From an uncultured Methanomicrobiales archaeon (GTDB lineage: Archaea; Halobacteriota; Methanomicrobia; Methanomicrobiales; Methanospirillaceae): a stretch of DNA of 64,000 bases. Both the position numbers and the translations under genes were made by a program. The notes beneath the pieces were generated by a model, which saw nothing but the letters and a program-made list of their open reading frames with translations, was not told the origin of the DNA and made no database searches. Shown here piece by piece: positions 1 through 9,108 of the stretch. The DNA lies in contig CAVWXH010000010.1 of NCBI GenBank assembly GCA_963758915.1, positions 1-64,000 on the forward strand, written 5' to 3'. Each line of letters opens with the position of its first letter. Position 1 is the first letter of the stretch.

Positions 1-2647
1 AGTGGATAATAAGCGCGAGGTATCAGAAAGCAGGACCCCGGAAAGCGTGGTTTTTTCTATCACAGGACAACCGGAACCTTCACAACCACCCCCTGCAACA
101 TATAATCCTGCAAATTTTGCGCCCGAAGGTGCAAACACCGTCACCAGGTATGTAAACCAGTCAGGTATGGTAAATGGTACATCAGCTTTTATCGTCAATA
201 CCCGGGTCCCATAATGTGATGGTAACAGCGATGTTCCCGAACCCGATTTCGAAAAAGTTCATAATTGAAAGTATTGCAGATGGTGACCCCTGGTATATCG
301 AGTACGAAGTAATTCCCGATGCGGTTCCGAATCCATATCTTCCTGCAAACGGGGAATCCATGTTTTCAATTATTTATACACTTCTGGACCAGGACCGCAA
401 TGGTCTGCAGGCGAAAGATATCAGGATCACTACAAGTATGGGTGAAGAATTCCTCCCGGGTACCAATGCGACAGGTCAACTGGGGATAACATACGGTCCG
501 AGTTCTGAAGTTGGTACTATCGATATCTCCGCACAGTCTGTTGATAACAGTTCAGTAAATATCACACAAACAATTGAATTTGTCAACACATCGGCATATA
601 CCATGGTATTCACGGCATCACCGCAGTCAATGCCAAGTGCTGATGCAAAGCCTACCCAGTCAGCGGTCTTCGACGCACTGGTGCTGGATATCGAAGGAAA
701 CCCGATTATGGGAGAGTGGGTACAGTTTACCCTTCCAAGTGGAAGTATCACCTATGGTGGTATTTACCATGTCAACGAATCTCCCTCTCTACAGGTTCCT
801 CCACTGTATAACCAGACGACTGTTATGGCCCAGTCAGGGTCAGACGGAATTGCGCGTGCCTGGCTGAAACCAGGTGCATTCACCTTGAACAAATCTGATA
901 ACGACCCCGCCCATCCGTATAGGGCTTCGGCAACAGGTCGTTGTTCTGTTACTGCGCACTGGACGAATGCAACAGGCGACCTGATTCCCCGGACTCTTGA
1001 TTTTACCTATAAGAATTACCCATATCTCAGTGCACAGACAATTGTTTCTTCAAACAAAATTGCTGTAAATGATACGGTTGATGTCACACTCTGGTTAAGG
1101 GGTGACGGGTGGTCCCTCCTTCCGACGCCGATTGATGTAGTGCTCGTTTGTGATCGTTCCGGTAGCATGGGAACTTATGATATGGAAGACCTGCAGGGTC
1201 ACCCGGAACATGGTCGCTGGGCAGGCTGAACGACAGGCGGCAAACGATTTTATCAGCGCGATGAACTCCTCTACCGACAGGTTGGGTCTCGTCAGGCATA
1301 AGTGACGGTATCACAGGGACCATCAGGTATCCTGGATCTGTTCCATACTCCACCATTCGAAGCGATATCAATGGAACAACCGCAAGTGGATATACCGCCA
1401 CACGTTTAGCGTTAAAGACCGCGATTGAAGTCATGAAAAATACCCCCATGCCGGAGGGTCAGACCCCGATCAGGGCGATAATCCTGATGACGGATGGGGA
1501 ATTTAATAATTACGGGGATCCTTTGGCACGAGGTATTGGATACAATTACTCGCAAAGGGATAGCGATTACAAGTATTACAAAGATAATTCCTGGAATGTG
1601 GATGCGAATATTAGTCATCATACCTGGTTTACCGGTTTAGGTGGGGTATTGAAGGGAGTTTCCGGTGCAAGTGTTGGTACAAACCAGAATATGACCATGT
1701 ATGCATTAAATAATCAACCACTGCGGATCTACACTATATCATTGTCGAATGCCATTGCACCGGGATCTGTTACGTGGAATACGATGGATAATTTGGCGAA
1801 TAACACCGGGGGAACACATTATCATGCGACCTCAACTGCCGAGTTAAGGAATATTTACACCCTGATAGCAGGGGAATTGAAAAATAAGGCCGGTGTGAAC
1901 ACACAGGCAACAATGGATTTCGAAAATGTCATTGTTAAGAATGTGACCGTGCCTGGGGCTGATGCCTTTAATTATACATATGTAAGTGGTGTTTCAACCT
2001 TCATCCATAAATGGAACACAACCTATGACTACCAAGAGGTCCGTGACGATACCACGATATTCTGGAATACGGACCATTTATTGGACTTTTCAGCAGGCAC
2101 TATCTACGTAAATGATAACTGGCTTGCCACCTTCCGGTTAAAGGCCATTACTGATGGGGACATCCACATATTCGGGCCTTCATCGATTATCACGTTTAAT
2201 AATGGTGTGGATACTTTACAGGTACCTGATACGGTAATTACCGTCACACCGCTGCTGGAAAATCAAACAGTTGAATCGGAGAATTCGCTGAAACTGATGT
2301 AAATGTAACCCCACTATCAGATACTACATACAAGTGGGATTGGAAACGACATTATACCGGAAATCAGGAGGTTTCAGAATACGATTTCATTTCATTTGAT
2401 GGTGGACAACAATGGACCCTGATTGGGGACAACAAACTCAGTCCCCGGAGATGCCCGGAATCAGACTATGGGTAGTTTCACATACGATATCAGGAGCCTC
2501 CTGCCCATGGATATAATCTCCTCCGGAGTAACAATTGATTTTAGGATTAAAGCGTATGCCTCGGACGCGCCATCTCCAAGAACCCCGCGTAGCCTGCCGG
2601 TTAGTGTCCAGCGGATATTAGATCAGAAATATATAACCCTTCAATAA
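1..2647 (+). CDS. Large Ig-like/vWA-domain surface protein, 5'-truncated by the window edge and split by several frameshifts
   Basis: Consecutive ORFs 2-214, 174-1229, 1433-2302 and 2423-2647 read as one T/N/S-rich protein. vWA MIDAS motif 'DVVLVCDRSGSM' and 'IILMTDG'; Ig-like beta-rich segments upstream. Confidence 0.7.
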
Positions 2648-2749
2648 ATCTTTTTCCGTGGGAAGGTGAATAGAATTATTGATTCCGTTTCGGTATAAGC
2701 GTAATAACGGGTTTTATTTTACTTTGAAATACCTGCACCGGAATAGGCA

Positions 2750-3306
2750 TTATAAAGGTACTCTACTGGTGAGTCTTTCGTAATGGTCAGGGTGTATATT
2801 CCATTTTCCAGATTGATCTCTCCTTTTTATCCCGGGGTCTCCGAACATCGTTCCCACTTGGGTTTTATGCAATATAAAAAGATCTTTTGGCAGGATGATT
2901 TCATCAACCAGTAGTGTTTTACTGATATTTTTTTCATTCCATGGATACATCCATACTCCTGGTCTTGATATTCGAAGTAAAACTGGGATTGATTATTCTT
3001 TACCGCTATTATCCAGTTTTTTGCGTTTCCCGAAGTGTCAACGTCCTCACCGTGAATATAGTGAATAGAGTAGTTACCTGCCCGTGCCATTCTTCCGAAA
3101 TCATCTGACCTGAGTGCCATAATGGCCTCGTCGAGATGGAACCCATTCCTGTACTCGTTATCTGGATTATTAAGCAGTGTAAATTGGGTTTTATCCGATG
3201 ACTGCCCCAGAATCAACCCGTATGCAAAAAAAATACCAACTATGATTCCCAGAAATACAAGGATAACAACGATAATCATGAAATTAGGAGCCAGTCTGGA
3301 TTTCAT
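2750..3306 (-). CDS. Hypothetical membrane-anchored protein (probably frameshifted)
   Basis: ORF 2827-3306 has an N-terminal hydrophobic helix and apparently continues in ORF 2750-2950. Confidence 0.5.
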
Positions 3307-3399
3307 AACAATAATGCCTCTATGGGTGTCGCATTGCTATAATGATAGCGATTCCACAACAGTCTTCTTAATTATCCGTGAATAATAGAATTATCATTC

Positions 3400-3849
3400 A
3401 TGCCCACCACCACAACCCCCCTCACCCGCGAGTCTCACCGTTCCCGAATTCCCGCTTGTCAAAGAAGTGTGGTACCACTACCACCAGCAGGAGCCCAACC
3501 CCTCCGAAGACCGCATCTTCGGCGCCTTTATCGACGGGACGCTCGCTGCGGTTGCGAGGTGCCGGCTCCACCCGGACGGCCACGAAGTCGACGGGGTCTT
3601 CACCCTTGATGAATTCCGTGGGCGTGGCCTCGCCAGGCTCGTGGTACAGGCACTCATCGATGCATGCGGGAATGAGGTCCTGTACATGCACTCAACCCTG
3701 CAGCTCATCAGTTTCTACAAGACATTCGGTTTTGTTCCCCTTCCCGAGGACGCAGCCTCCGAAAGATGATCCGGGAGCGGTTCCTCTTCTGCTTCGGTGA
3801 AATGGCCGGGTGTAATGTCTGCCCGATGCGGAGGGAGGCTACACCGTAA
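3400..3849 (+). CDS. GNAT family N-acetyltransferase (two indels in this sequence)
   Basis: ATG 3400, then ORF 3467-3769 with the acetyl-CoA motif 'VFTLDEFRGRGLARLVV...FYKTFGF'. The C-terminus 'MIRERFLFCFGEMAGCNVCPMRREATP*' lies in a shifted frame ending TAA 3849. Confidence 0.75.
3611..3837 (+). repeat. Direct repeat copy A (3' half of the GNAT gene)
   Basis: Nearly identical to 5035-5260. Confidence 0.95.
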
Positions 3850-4043
3850 TACAGGATGTCGCTCGACAAAGGTGAAAGGGATGGGCGATGGATGTTTTTC
3901 CTGCAATCTGACGGAAAAAACATTGTAACCCGTACGGCGGACTGGTAAAGAACAATCTAAAACGGTTCTCCAACAATACCTTTGATAGAGAGCCGGTTCA
4001 ACAGTAATCCTCGTTGGATGGTAAGGGCATTTCCTGCAGAATT

Positions 4044-4093
4044 CCTATATACTATTGTTCATAATAATGAACATATGTTCAAAAGCATGAACA
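4044..4093 (+). promoter_or_regulatory. TATA box plus two TGTTCA-N6-TGAACA palindromes overlapping the MNT start
   Basis: CCTATATA at 4044-4051; palindromes at 4056-4073 and 4076-4093. Confidence 0.65.
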
Positions 4094-4620
4094 TTCTCGG
4101 AACTCCCACGTTCGAGACTCTCGTATTCCTCGGGCGACATTACCGGAACAGTTACTACGTCAGGGAGCTGGCAAAGATACTCACGATCAGTACCGGTGCT
4201 GCGAGCGGCCAACTCCGGGCACTGGAGGAATCAGGTCTCGTGAAAAAAGAGAAGAAAGGGAGGACTCTCTTGTTCAGAGCCAGTATCTCGCATCCGATCG
4301 TGAGGGAGGCAAAAATTTTTGCAACCCTCTTTGAACTCTCGCCGCTAATCGCAGCAGGGCAACGTGGGACAGTGCGAATGATTCTCTTTGGCAGTTGTGC
4401 GGTGGGAGAAGATTCTTTTGAAAGCGATATAGATCTTTACATAGAAACAACCGATCGTCCGGCAACAAAGACGTTGATCTCGCACTGTGAGTCCTTCGTA
4501 TCACGAAAAATTTCTCCGATCATCGTCTCACCGGATGAGGCTGTGCAGATCCGGACACGTGACCGCCCGCTGTTCGAGCGGATACAAGGTGGGAAGATCC
4601 TGGTGGGTGAACAATTATGA
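4075..4620 (+). CDS. wHTH-fused minimal nucleotidyltransferase (MNT antitoxin)
   Basis: N-terminal wHTH 'YVRELAKILTISTGAASGQLRALEESGLV'; Pol-beta NTase motif 'LFGSCAVGEDSFESDIDL'. Likely ATG at 4075. Confidence 0.85.
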   Translation: MFKSMNILGTPTFETLVFLGRHYRNSYYVRELAKILTISTGAASGQLRALEESGLVKKEKKGRTLLFRASISHPIVREAKIFATLFELSPLIAAGQRGTVRMILFGSCAVGEDSFESDIDLYIETTDRPATKTLISHCESFVSRKISPIIVSPDEAVQIRTRDRPLFERIQGGKILVGEQL

Positions 4621-5033
4621 GATACCATTTCGAGGAATGTCTGGAGCGAGGAAAGATCGTAAAAATCCCCATTGACCAAGGTCTTGTGGCAAAGGAACTC
4701 CACGAAGCAGAAGCGGATCTCGTTGCAGCAGAGCGATCGCTTCTGGACCACCAGGAGAAATGGGCGATCATTCAGGGATACTATTCGCTCTTCCACTCAC
4801 TCAGGTCACAGGTGTTTGGTAAAGGCTACCGTGAGAAGAGCCATCGCTGCCTGAAGTATGCGGTTGAAGCCCTATTCGTTGATCAGGGACTACTCGATCC
4901 GGTAGTGCTGGAACATTTATCTTTTGCTATGGATCTTCGTGAAGGTGCTGATTACGGGTGCATCTATAATGCGGAGTCCGCCCATATCGTGGTTCTGTCT
5001 GCACGATCGGTGTATGAAATGGTCAGGCCTTAA
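4617..5033 (+). CDS. HEPN domain protein (toxin partner of the MNT)
   Basis: 4-nt overlap with the MNT gene; motifs 'YYSLFH', 'REKSH', 'LREGADY'. Confidence 0.85.
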   Translation: MRYHFEECLERGKIVKIPIDQGLVAKELHEAEADLVAAERSLLDHQEKWAIIQGYYSLFHSLRSQVFGKGYREKSHRCLKYAVEALFVDQGLLDPVVLEHLSFAMDLREGADYGCIYNAESAHIVVLSARSVYEMVRP

Positions 5034-5034
5034 A

Positions 5035-5273
5035 GAGTTCCGTGGGCGAGGGCCTCGCCAGGCTCGTGGTACAGGCACTCATCGATGCATGCGGGAATGA
5101 GGTCCTGTACATGCACTCAACCCTGCAGCTCATCAGTTTCTACAAGACATTCGGTTTTGTCCCTTTACCCGAGGACCAGCTGCCGAAAATGATCAGGGAC
5201 CGGTTCATCTTGCTGCTTCGGTGAAATGGCCGGGTGTAATGTCTGCCCGATGCGGAGGGAAGCGGGTAGGTGA
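5035..5273 (+). pseudogene. GNAT 3'-half duplicate (direct repeat copy B)
   Basis: Starts 1 nt after the HEPN stop, matches 3611-3837, and has its own end 'MRREAGR*' (TGA 5273). No 5' half. Confidence 0.9.
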
Positions 5274-5460
5274 AGGGTATTGATGCGGCGTTTATTTTAA
5301 TTAACTTACCAATCCGGACAGAGGTATGATCCTATGCCTGTTATAGTGATAGTGGCATTCATAGACCGGGAAAGGGTAAACTTGGAAAAGGAGCGGGCAT
5401 GAGAGATAACTATTGTCTTTACGAGGATCACTTGGAATTATCTCTTTGTTTGGGGAAAAT

Positions 5461-5488
5461 TTGTATAATCTCATAACTCCAAGGTTAT
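5461..5488 (+). promoter_or_regulatory. TATA-like box and ATAAC-N6-GTTAT palindrome upstream of hicB
   Basis: TTGTATAA at 5461-5468; inverted repeat at 5473-5488, 3 nt before the ATG. Confidence 0.45.
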
Positions 5489-5491
5489 AGT

Positions 5492-5716
5492 ATGGAATAT
5501 ACGGTTGTCCTCGAACCACAGGAAGAAGGCGGGTATTTCGTCCAGTGTGTGGAGTTACCCGGGGCCATAAGCCAGGGGGACTCAAAAGAGGAAGCGCTTA
5601 CCAATATTAAAGAAGCAATCGAACTTGTTTTAGAAGTCCAGCGCGAAGAACTCCATAAAAAAACAAACATCTTCCATTCGGAAATTGTCAAAGTTGACGT
5701 GGCGAATGTCTCGTAA
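5492..5716 (+). CDS. hicB: HicB family antitoxin
   Basis: 'YTVVLEPQEEGGYFVQCVELPGAISQGDSKEEALTNIKEAIEL'. Confidence 0.92.
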   Translation: MEYTVVLEPQEEGGYFVQCVELPGAISQGDSKEEALTNIKEAIELVLEVQREELHKKTNIFHSEIVKVDVANVS

Positions 5717-5927
5717 ACTTCCGGTAATCTCTGGTGAGAAGATCGTCAAGATCCTTGCAAAACAGGGCTTCGAAATCAGGCGGCAAACGTCAAGTCATAT
5801 TGTTGTGCAGAAAGAATGGCGGGTATTTGCAGTTCCTCTTCATAAGGAGTTGAAGAAAGGGACACTTATTGCAATTTTGAAACAAGCGGATATAACGGTT
5901 GAGGAATTTAAGCAATTTTTTAATTGA
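5706..5927 (+). CDS. hicA: HicA family toxin (mRNA interferase)
   Basis: 'MSRKLPVISGEKIVKILAKQGFEIRRQTSSH...VPLHKELKKGTLIAILKQA'; overlaps hicB. Confidence 0.9.
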   Translation: MSRKLPVISGEKIVKILAKQGFEIRRQTSSHIVVQKEWRVFAVPLHKELKKGTLIAILKQADITVEEFKQFFN

Positions 5928-5969
5928 TCTGGTGATACATCAGATTGGCGGAATATCTGATGTGCGGAA

Positions 5970-6104
5970 ACCCGTGAACTCACCCATGATGAATTCCCCC
6001 TCGTCAAAGAGGTCTGGTACCACTATCACCAGCAGAAGCCCGACCCGTACGAAAACCGCATATTCAGGACCTCTGTTGACGGGATCCTGGCTGCTGTTAC
6101 AAGG
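5970..6104 (+). pseudogene. Diverged 5' fragment of the same GNAT family
   Basis: Translates TRELTHDEFPLVKEVWYHYHQQKPDPYENRIF...VDGILAAV, compared with TRELTVPEFPLVKEVWYHYHQQEPNPSEDRIF...IDGTLAAV at 3424-3560. Confidence 0.85.
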
Positions 6105-6179
6105 TTCTCGGATTTGAACGTGAGGCGACCCCATGATATGTATGGATGTTGTATATTCTGAAGAAATTGAGTTGTTCTT

Positions 6180-6578
6180 ATGAGCCGAAAATTTTCATCT
6201 CCCGTCTCAAGCCATGATGTGATGAGGCCTTGTTATTCCCGGTTTTTAACACTAACCATGTTTATGTCTATCATCACCGGGACGATACTCATTTCCGGTT
6301 GTACCGCTCCGGTAAAAGACCCCGTAATAGGAACGTGGGAATGGAGCGATGGGAAAGGATATACCGAGAGCTACACGTTCAATCCGGATCATTCCTTTTC
6401 CGCCAACGCACTTGGATCGGCCTTTAAGGGCACCTGGGAAACCGTCTCATCCGGGCATTACCTGGTGACGTATTATAACAGCGATAATATATCACAGAAC
6501 GAGACCCTTACGGAACAGGTCCTCTATGACAGCAAAACAGACGCGATTTACTTCCCTGCCCATCACAGGGTGTTATGA
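6180..6578 (+). CDS. Putative lipoprotein (small beta-barrel)
   Basis: Lipobox-like 'LISGC' after a hydrophobic stretch; 'DPVIGTW'. The true start may be downstream. Confidence 0.65.
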   Translation: MSRKFSSPVSSHDVMRPCYSRFLTLTMFMSIITGTILISGCTAPVKDPVIGTWEWSDGKGYTESYTFNPDHSFSANALGSAFKGTWETVSSGHYLVTYYNSDNISQNETLTEQVLYDSKTDAIYFPAHHRVL

Positions 6579-6678
6579 GAAGGGACCGGGAGATTCTATG
6601 AAGGGTATTTCCAAACCAGTGAATTTCAGGAGATCCTCCATTCTCATCCTTCAAGTCCTTTGAAACAAATACTTCACT

Positions 6679-7293
6679 ATGGTACATTCCCAAGCCCCAA
6701 TACCGTCATTTTCTGATGCGGTTAAGTTCCACGGTCATACCTGTCCCGGCCTTGCCCTTGGTTACCGTGCCGCAGTAATCGCCCTCGAAGAGCTCAGGAG
6801 TGACCCGTCGCAGGATGAGGAACTTGTCGCAATCGTGGAGAATGACGCCTGCGGTATCGATGCCCTCCAGGTCGTCACCGGGTGTACGGCTGGGAAGGGG
6901 AACCTCATCTTCCTCAACTATGGAAAACACGTCTATACCCTGATCAACCGGCGGAACGGAAAAGCGGTCCGGATTGCGACGAAGCCCTCCTTCTCCACAG
7001 CATCTCTCGATCCGGCATTTGGTGATATCAGGTCAAAGGTGATGTCAGGGAATGCAACGGCCGAAGAAATGGAACAATTCGAACAACACCGTGATGCAGT
7101 CTGTCATTCAATTCTCACGGTCCCTTACCATGACATGTTTTCAGTCCGGCGTGTGGATATACAGGTCCCGGTCCCGGCAAAGATATACAAATCCGTCCCC
7201 TGTGACAACTGTGGCGAGATGGTATCAGAACACAGGGCAATAACCAATGGCGGGAAAACGCTCTGTATCCCGTGTTCGGAGAAAAAAGAGTAA
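6679..7293 (+). CDS. FmdE family protein with C-terminal zinc finger
   Basis: 'FHGHTCPGLALG', 'ENDACGIDALQVVTGCT', 'CDNCGE...CIPC'. Confidence 0.9.
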   Translation: MVHSQAPIPSFSDAVKFHGHTCPGLALGYRAAVIALEELRSDPSQDEELVAIVENDACGIDALQVVTGCTAGKGNLIFLNYGKHVYTLINRRNGKAVRIATKPSFSTASLDPAFGDIRSKVMSGNATAEEMEQFEQHRDAVCHSILTVPYHDMFSVRRVDIQVPVPAKIYKSVPCDNCGEMVSEHRAITNGGKTLCIPCSEKKE

Positions 7294-7369
7294 TTTTTCC
7301 GCTTCGACCAAACCAGGGGCAATATTGGGATTGAAGGCGCCCGATCGTTAAAAAAGCCGTAATCCCGTT

Positions 7370-8029
7370 TTAAAACTCCAGCTGGTCCATGGCAATGGCG
7401 GGGTCCTCGCAGATGCCAGGGCGGGCTTTTAACAACCGCATTACTTTTCTTAATCTTGCCCTGAGCCGGTTGTTATCAGCTTCCAGCCGCTTCATCCGCT
7501 GGTATATCGGCTCCCTGCCTCCTGCCCCGCACAGGCTCGCTATATACTGCTTGAGGAGGCGGTCAGCGGTATTATGCCGCCGTGGGATCCACTGGATCTC
7601 GATGTTCAGTTCCTTCCCACGGATAAGGTCCCTGATCTCAACAGTTTTTTTTATAAATGCAGGAGATTTTGTCCTGCGTTCTTCGGTAAGGTGCCAGACA
7701 ACGGTCTGGCTGTCGGTACGTATCCGGGCGTGTGACCGTGGTGACAGGTTTTCAAGCGCGAGGATAACCGCATTGAACTCAGCCTCGTTATTCGAGACTC
7801 CCATCTCGTACATAAAATAGACATCGTCACCTGGAAACAGTGCCACGCTGTGACCATCCCCGCTCCCGTCAACGGTTATATCCACGCGCTCATGCACGTG
7901 GGTCTCACCCGGGGCCTGCATACCCTGGAACCTCTGTTTTAGTGGAAAACAGGGGTGCACAAGGGTGGTTCCGTCAGAAAAAAGAGAGAGCATGGGGGGA
8001 GAAGGGTTCCCGTCAGGGAATTGGACCAT
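7370..8029 (-). CDS. RNase HI-like protein with a C-terminal coiled coil
   Basis: 'VDGS', 'SNNEAEFNA', 'TDSQ', 'WIPRRHNTADRL'. Start uncertain. Confidence 0.75.
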   Translation of the reverse strand: MVQFPDGNPSPPMLSLFSDGTTLVHPCFPLKQRFQGMQAPGETHVHERVDITVDGSGDGHSVALFPGDDVYFMYEMGVSNNEAEFNAVILALENLSPRSHARIRTDSQTVVWHLTEERRTKSPAFIKKTVEIRDLIRGKELNIEIQWIPRRHNTADRLLKQYIASLCGAGGREPIYQRMKRLEADNNRLRARLRKVMRLLKARPGICEDPAIAMDQLEF

Positions 8030-8193
8030 TGGGACATGTTCCCGTGGCAGCAGGTTAGTACCTCCCGTGACCTTGATAGATGGATAGATTCACCAAATAT
8101 TTAATTATTGTCAAAAAAAGTGCCGGTGTGTTAAATCCCCGGCGCCTGTGATAAGGAAAATGTTTTTTTTTCTGAACATTCGACCCGGTCATA

Positions 8194-9067
8194 TCAGCGC
8201 ACTATCTTGGTAATGGGGATCTCGAGGATGTCTTCTGCGCCTGATGCCTTGAGTTTTGGAATGAGGGTGTTTACGAGGTTTTTGTGGACAACCGTCTCGA
8301 TGCTGAAGAAATCAATCCCGTGAAGCCTGGAAACGGTGGGTTTCTTCAGCGCCGGCAGGGTGGAAACCACTGATTCGAGCATTGCTGCAGGGACGTTCAT
8401 CGTGAGGAGCACCTTGGTGCGGGCCTCGATAACACCCATCAGGAGTGTTACAATCTCTTCCATCTCCCTGCGTTTTACAGGGTCCTGGAATGATTCACGG
8501 TTCGCGATGATGACCGTGTACGACTCCATGATCTGGCCGATAATCTTGAGCCCGTTCTTCCGGAGCGTTGTCCCGGTTTCAGTAAGGTCGACCACTACGT
8601 CCATCAGGTCAGGAACTTTTGCCTCGCTTGCGCCGTACGATGGGAACAGGCGGACCGGGATACCCAGGCGACCAAAAAAATCCCTTGTCATCTCGGGGTA
8701 CTCGGTCGTCACCCTGCTGTCCGGTCGGATCTCGTTCACGGTTGAGATTGGCTCATCCCGGTGGACTGCGACCACGATCTTAACGTTCCCCTGGCCGGTC
8801 TTGCTGTAATTAAGTTTTGCAATCTCCTGAAACCTTTGCGCCCGACTCACAGACCCAGTCAAGGCCTGAAATCCCCATGTCGAAATAACCCATCTCGACA
8901 TAGGTCGGGATTTCCTGTGGCCTCAGGATCTTAACCTTTCCTATCCGCTCGTCATTGATCTGCGGGTTATAATCGCGGTCTGTCCTCCTGACCTCGAGAT
9001 CAGCCTCCTTAAAGAGCTGGAGGGTCTGTTCCTCAAGGCTGCCTTTAGGGAGTGCGATAGTAATCAT
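8194..9067 (-). CDS. hisG: ATP phosphoribosyltransferase (long form), +1 frameshift near 8830
   Basis: 'IALPKGSL', 'LRPQEIPTYVEMG', 'VDLTETGTTLRKNGL' and C-terminal regulatory domain, spread over two ORFs. Confidence 0.93.
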
Positions 9068-9108
9068 AGGAAATAGAAATAGCAGGGAATGGATTAAACC
9101 CTGACGGT

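Noticed and set aside
1227-1229. TGA in the vWA gene as a selenocysteine or readthrough codon
   Set aside because: The gene has several other frame breaks, so indels explain it better. No recoding signal was recognised.
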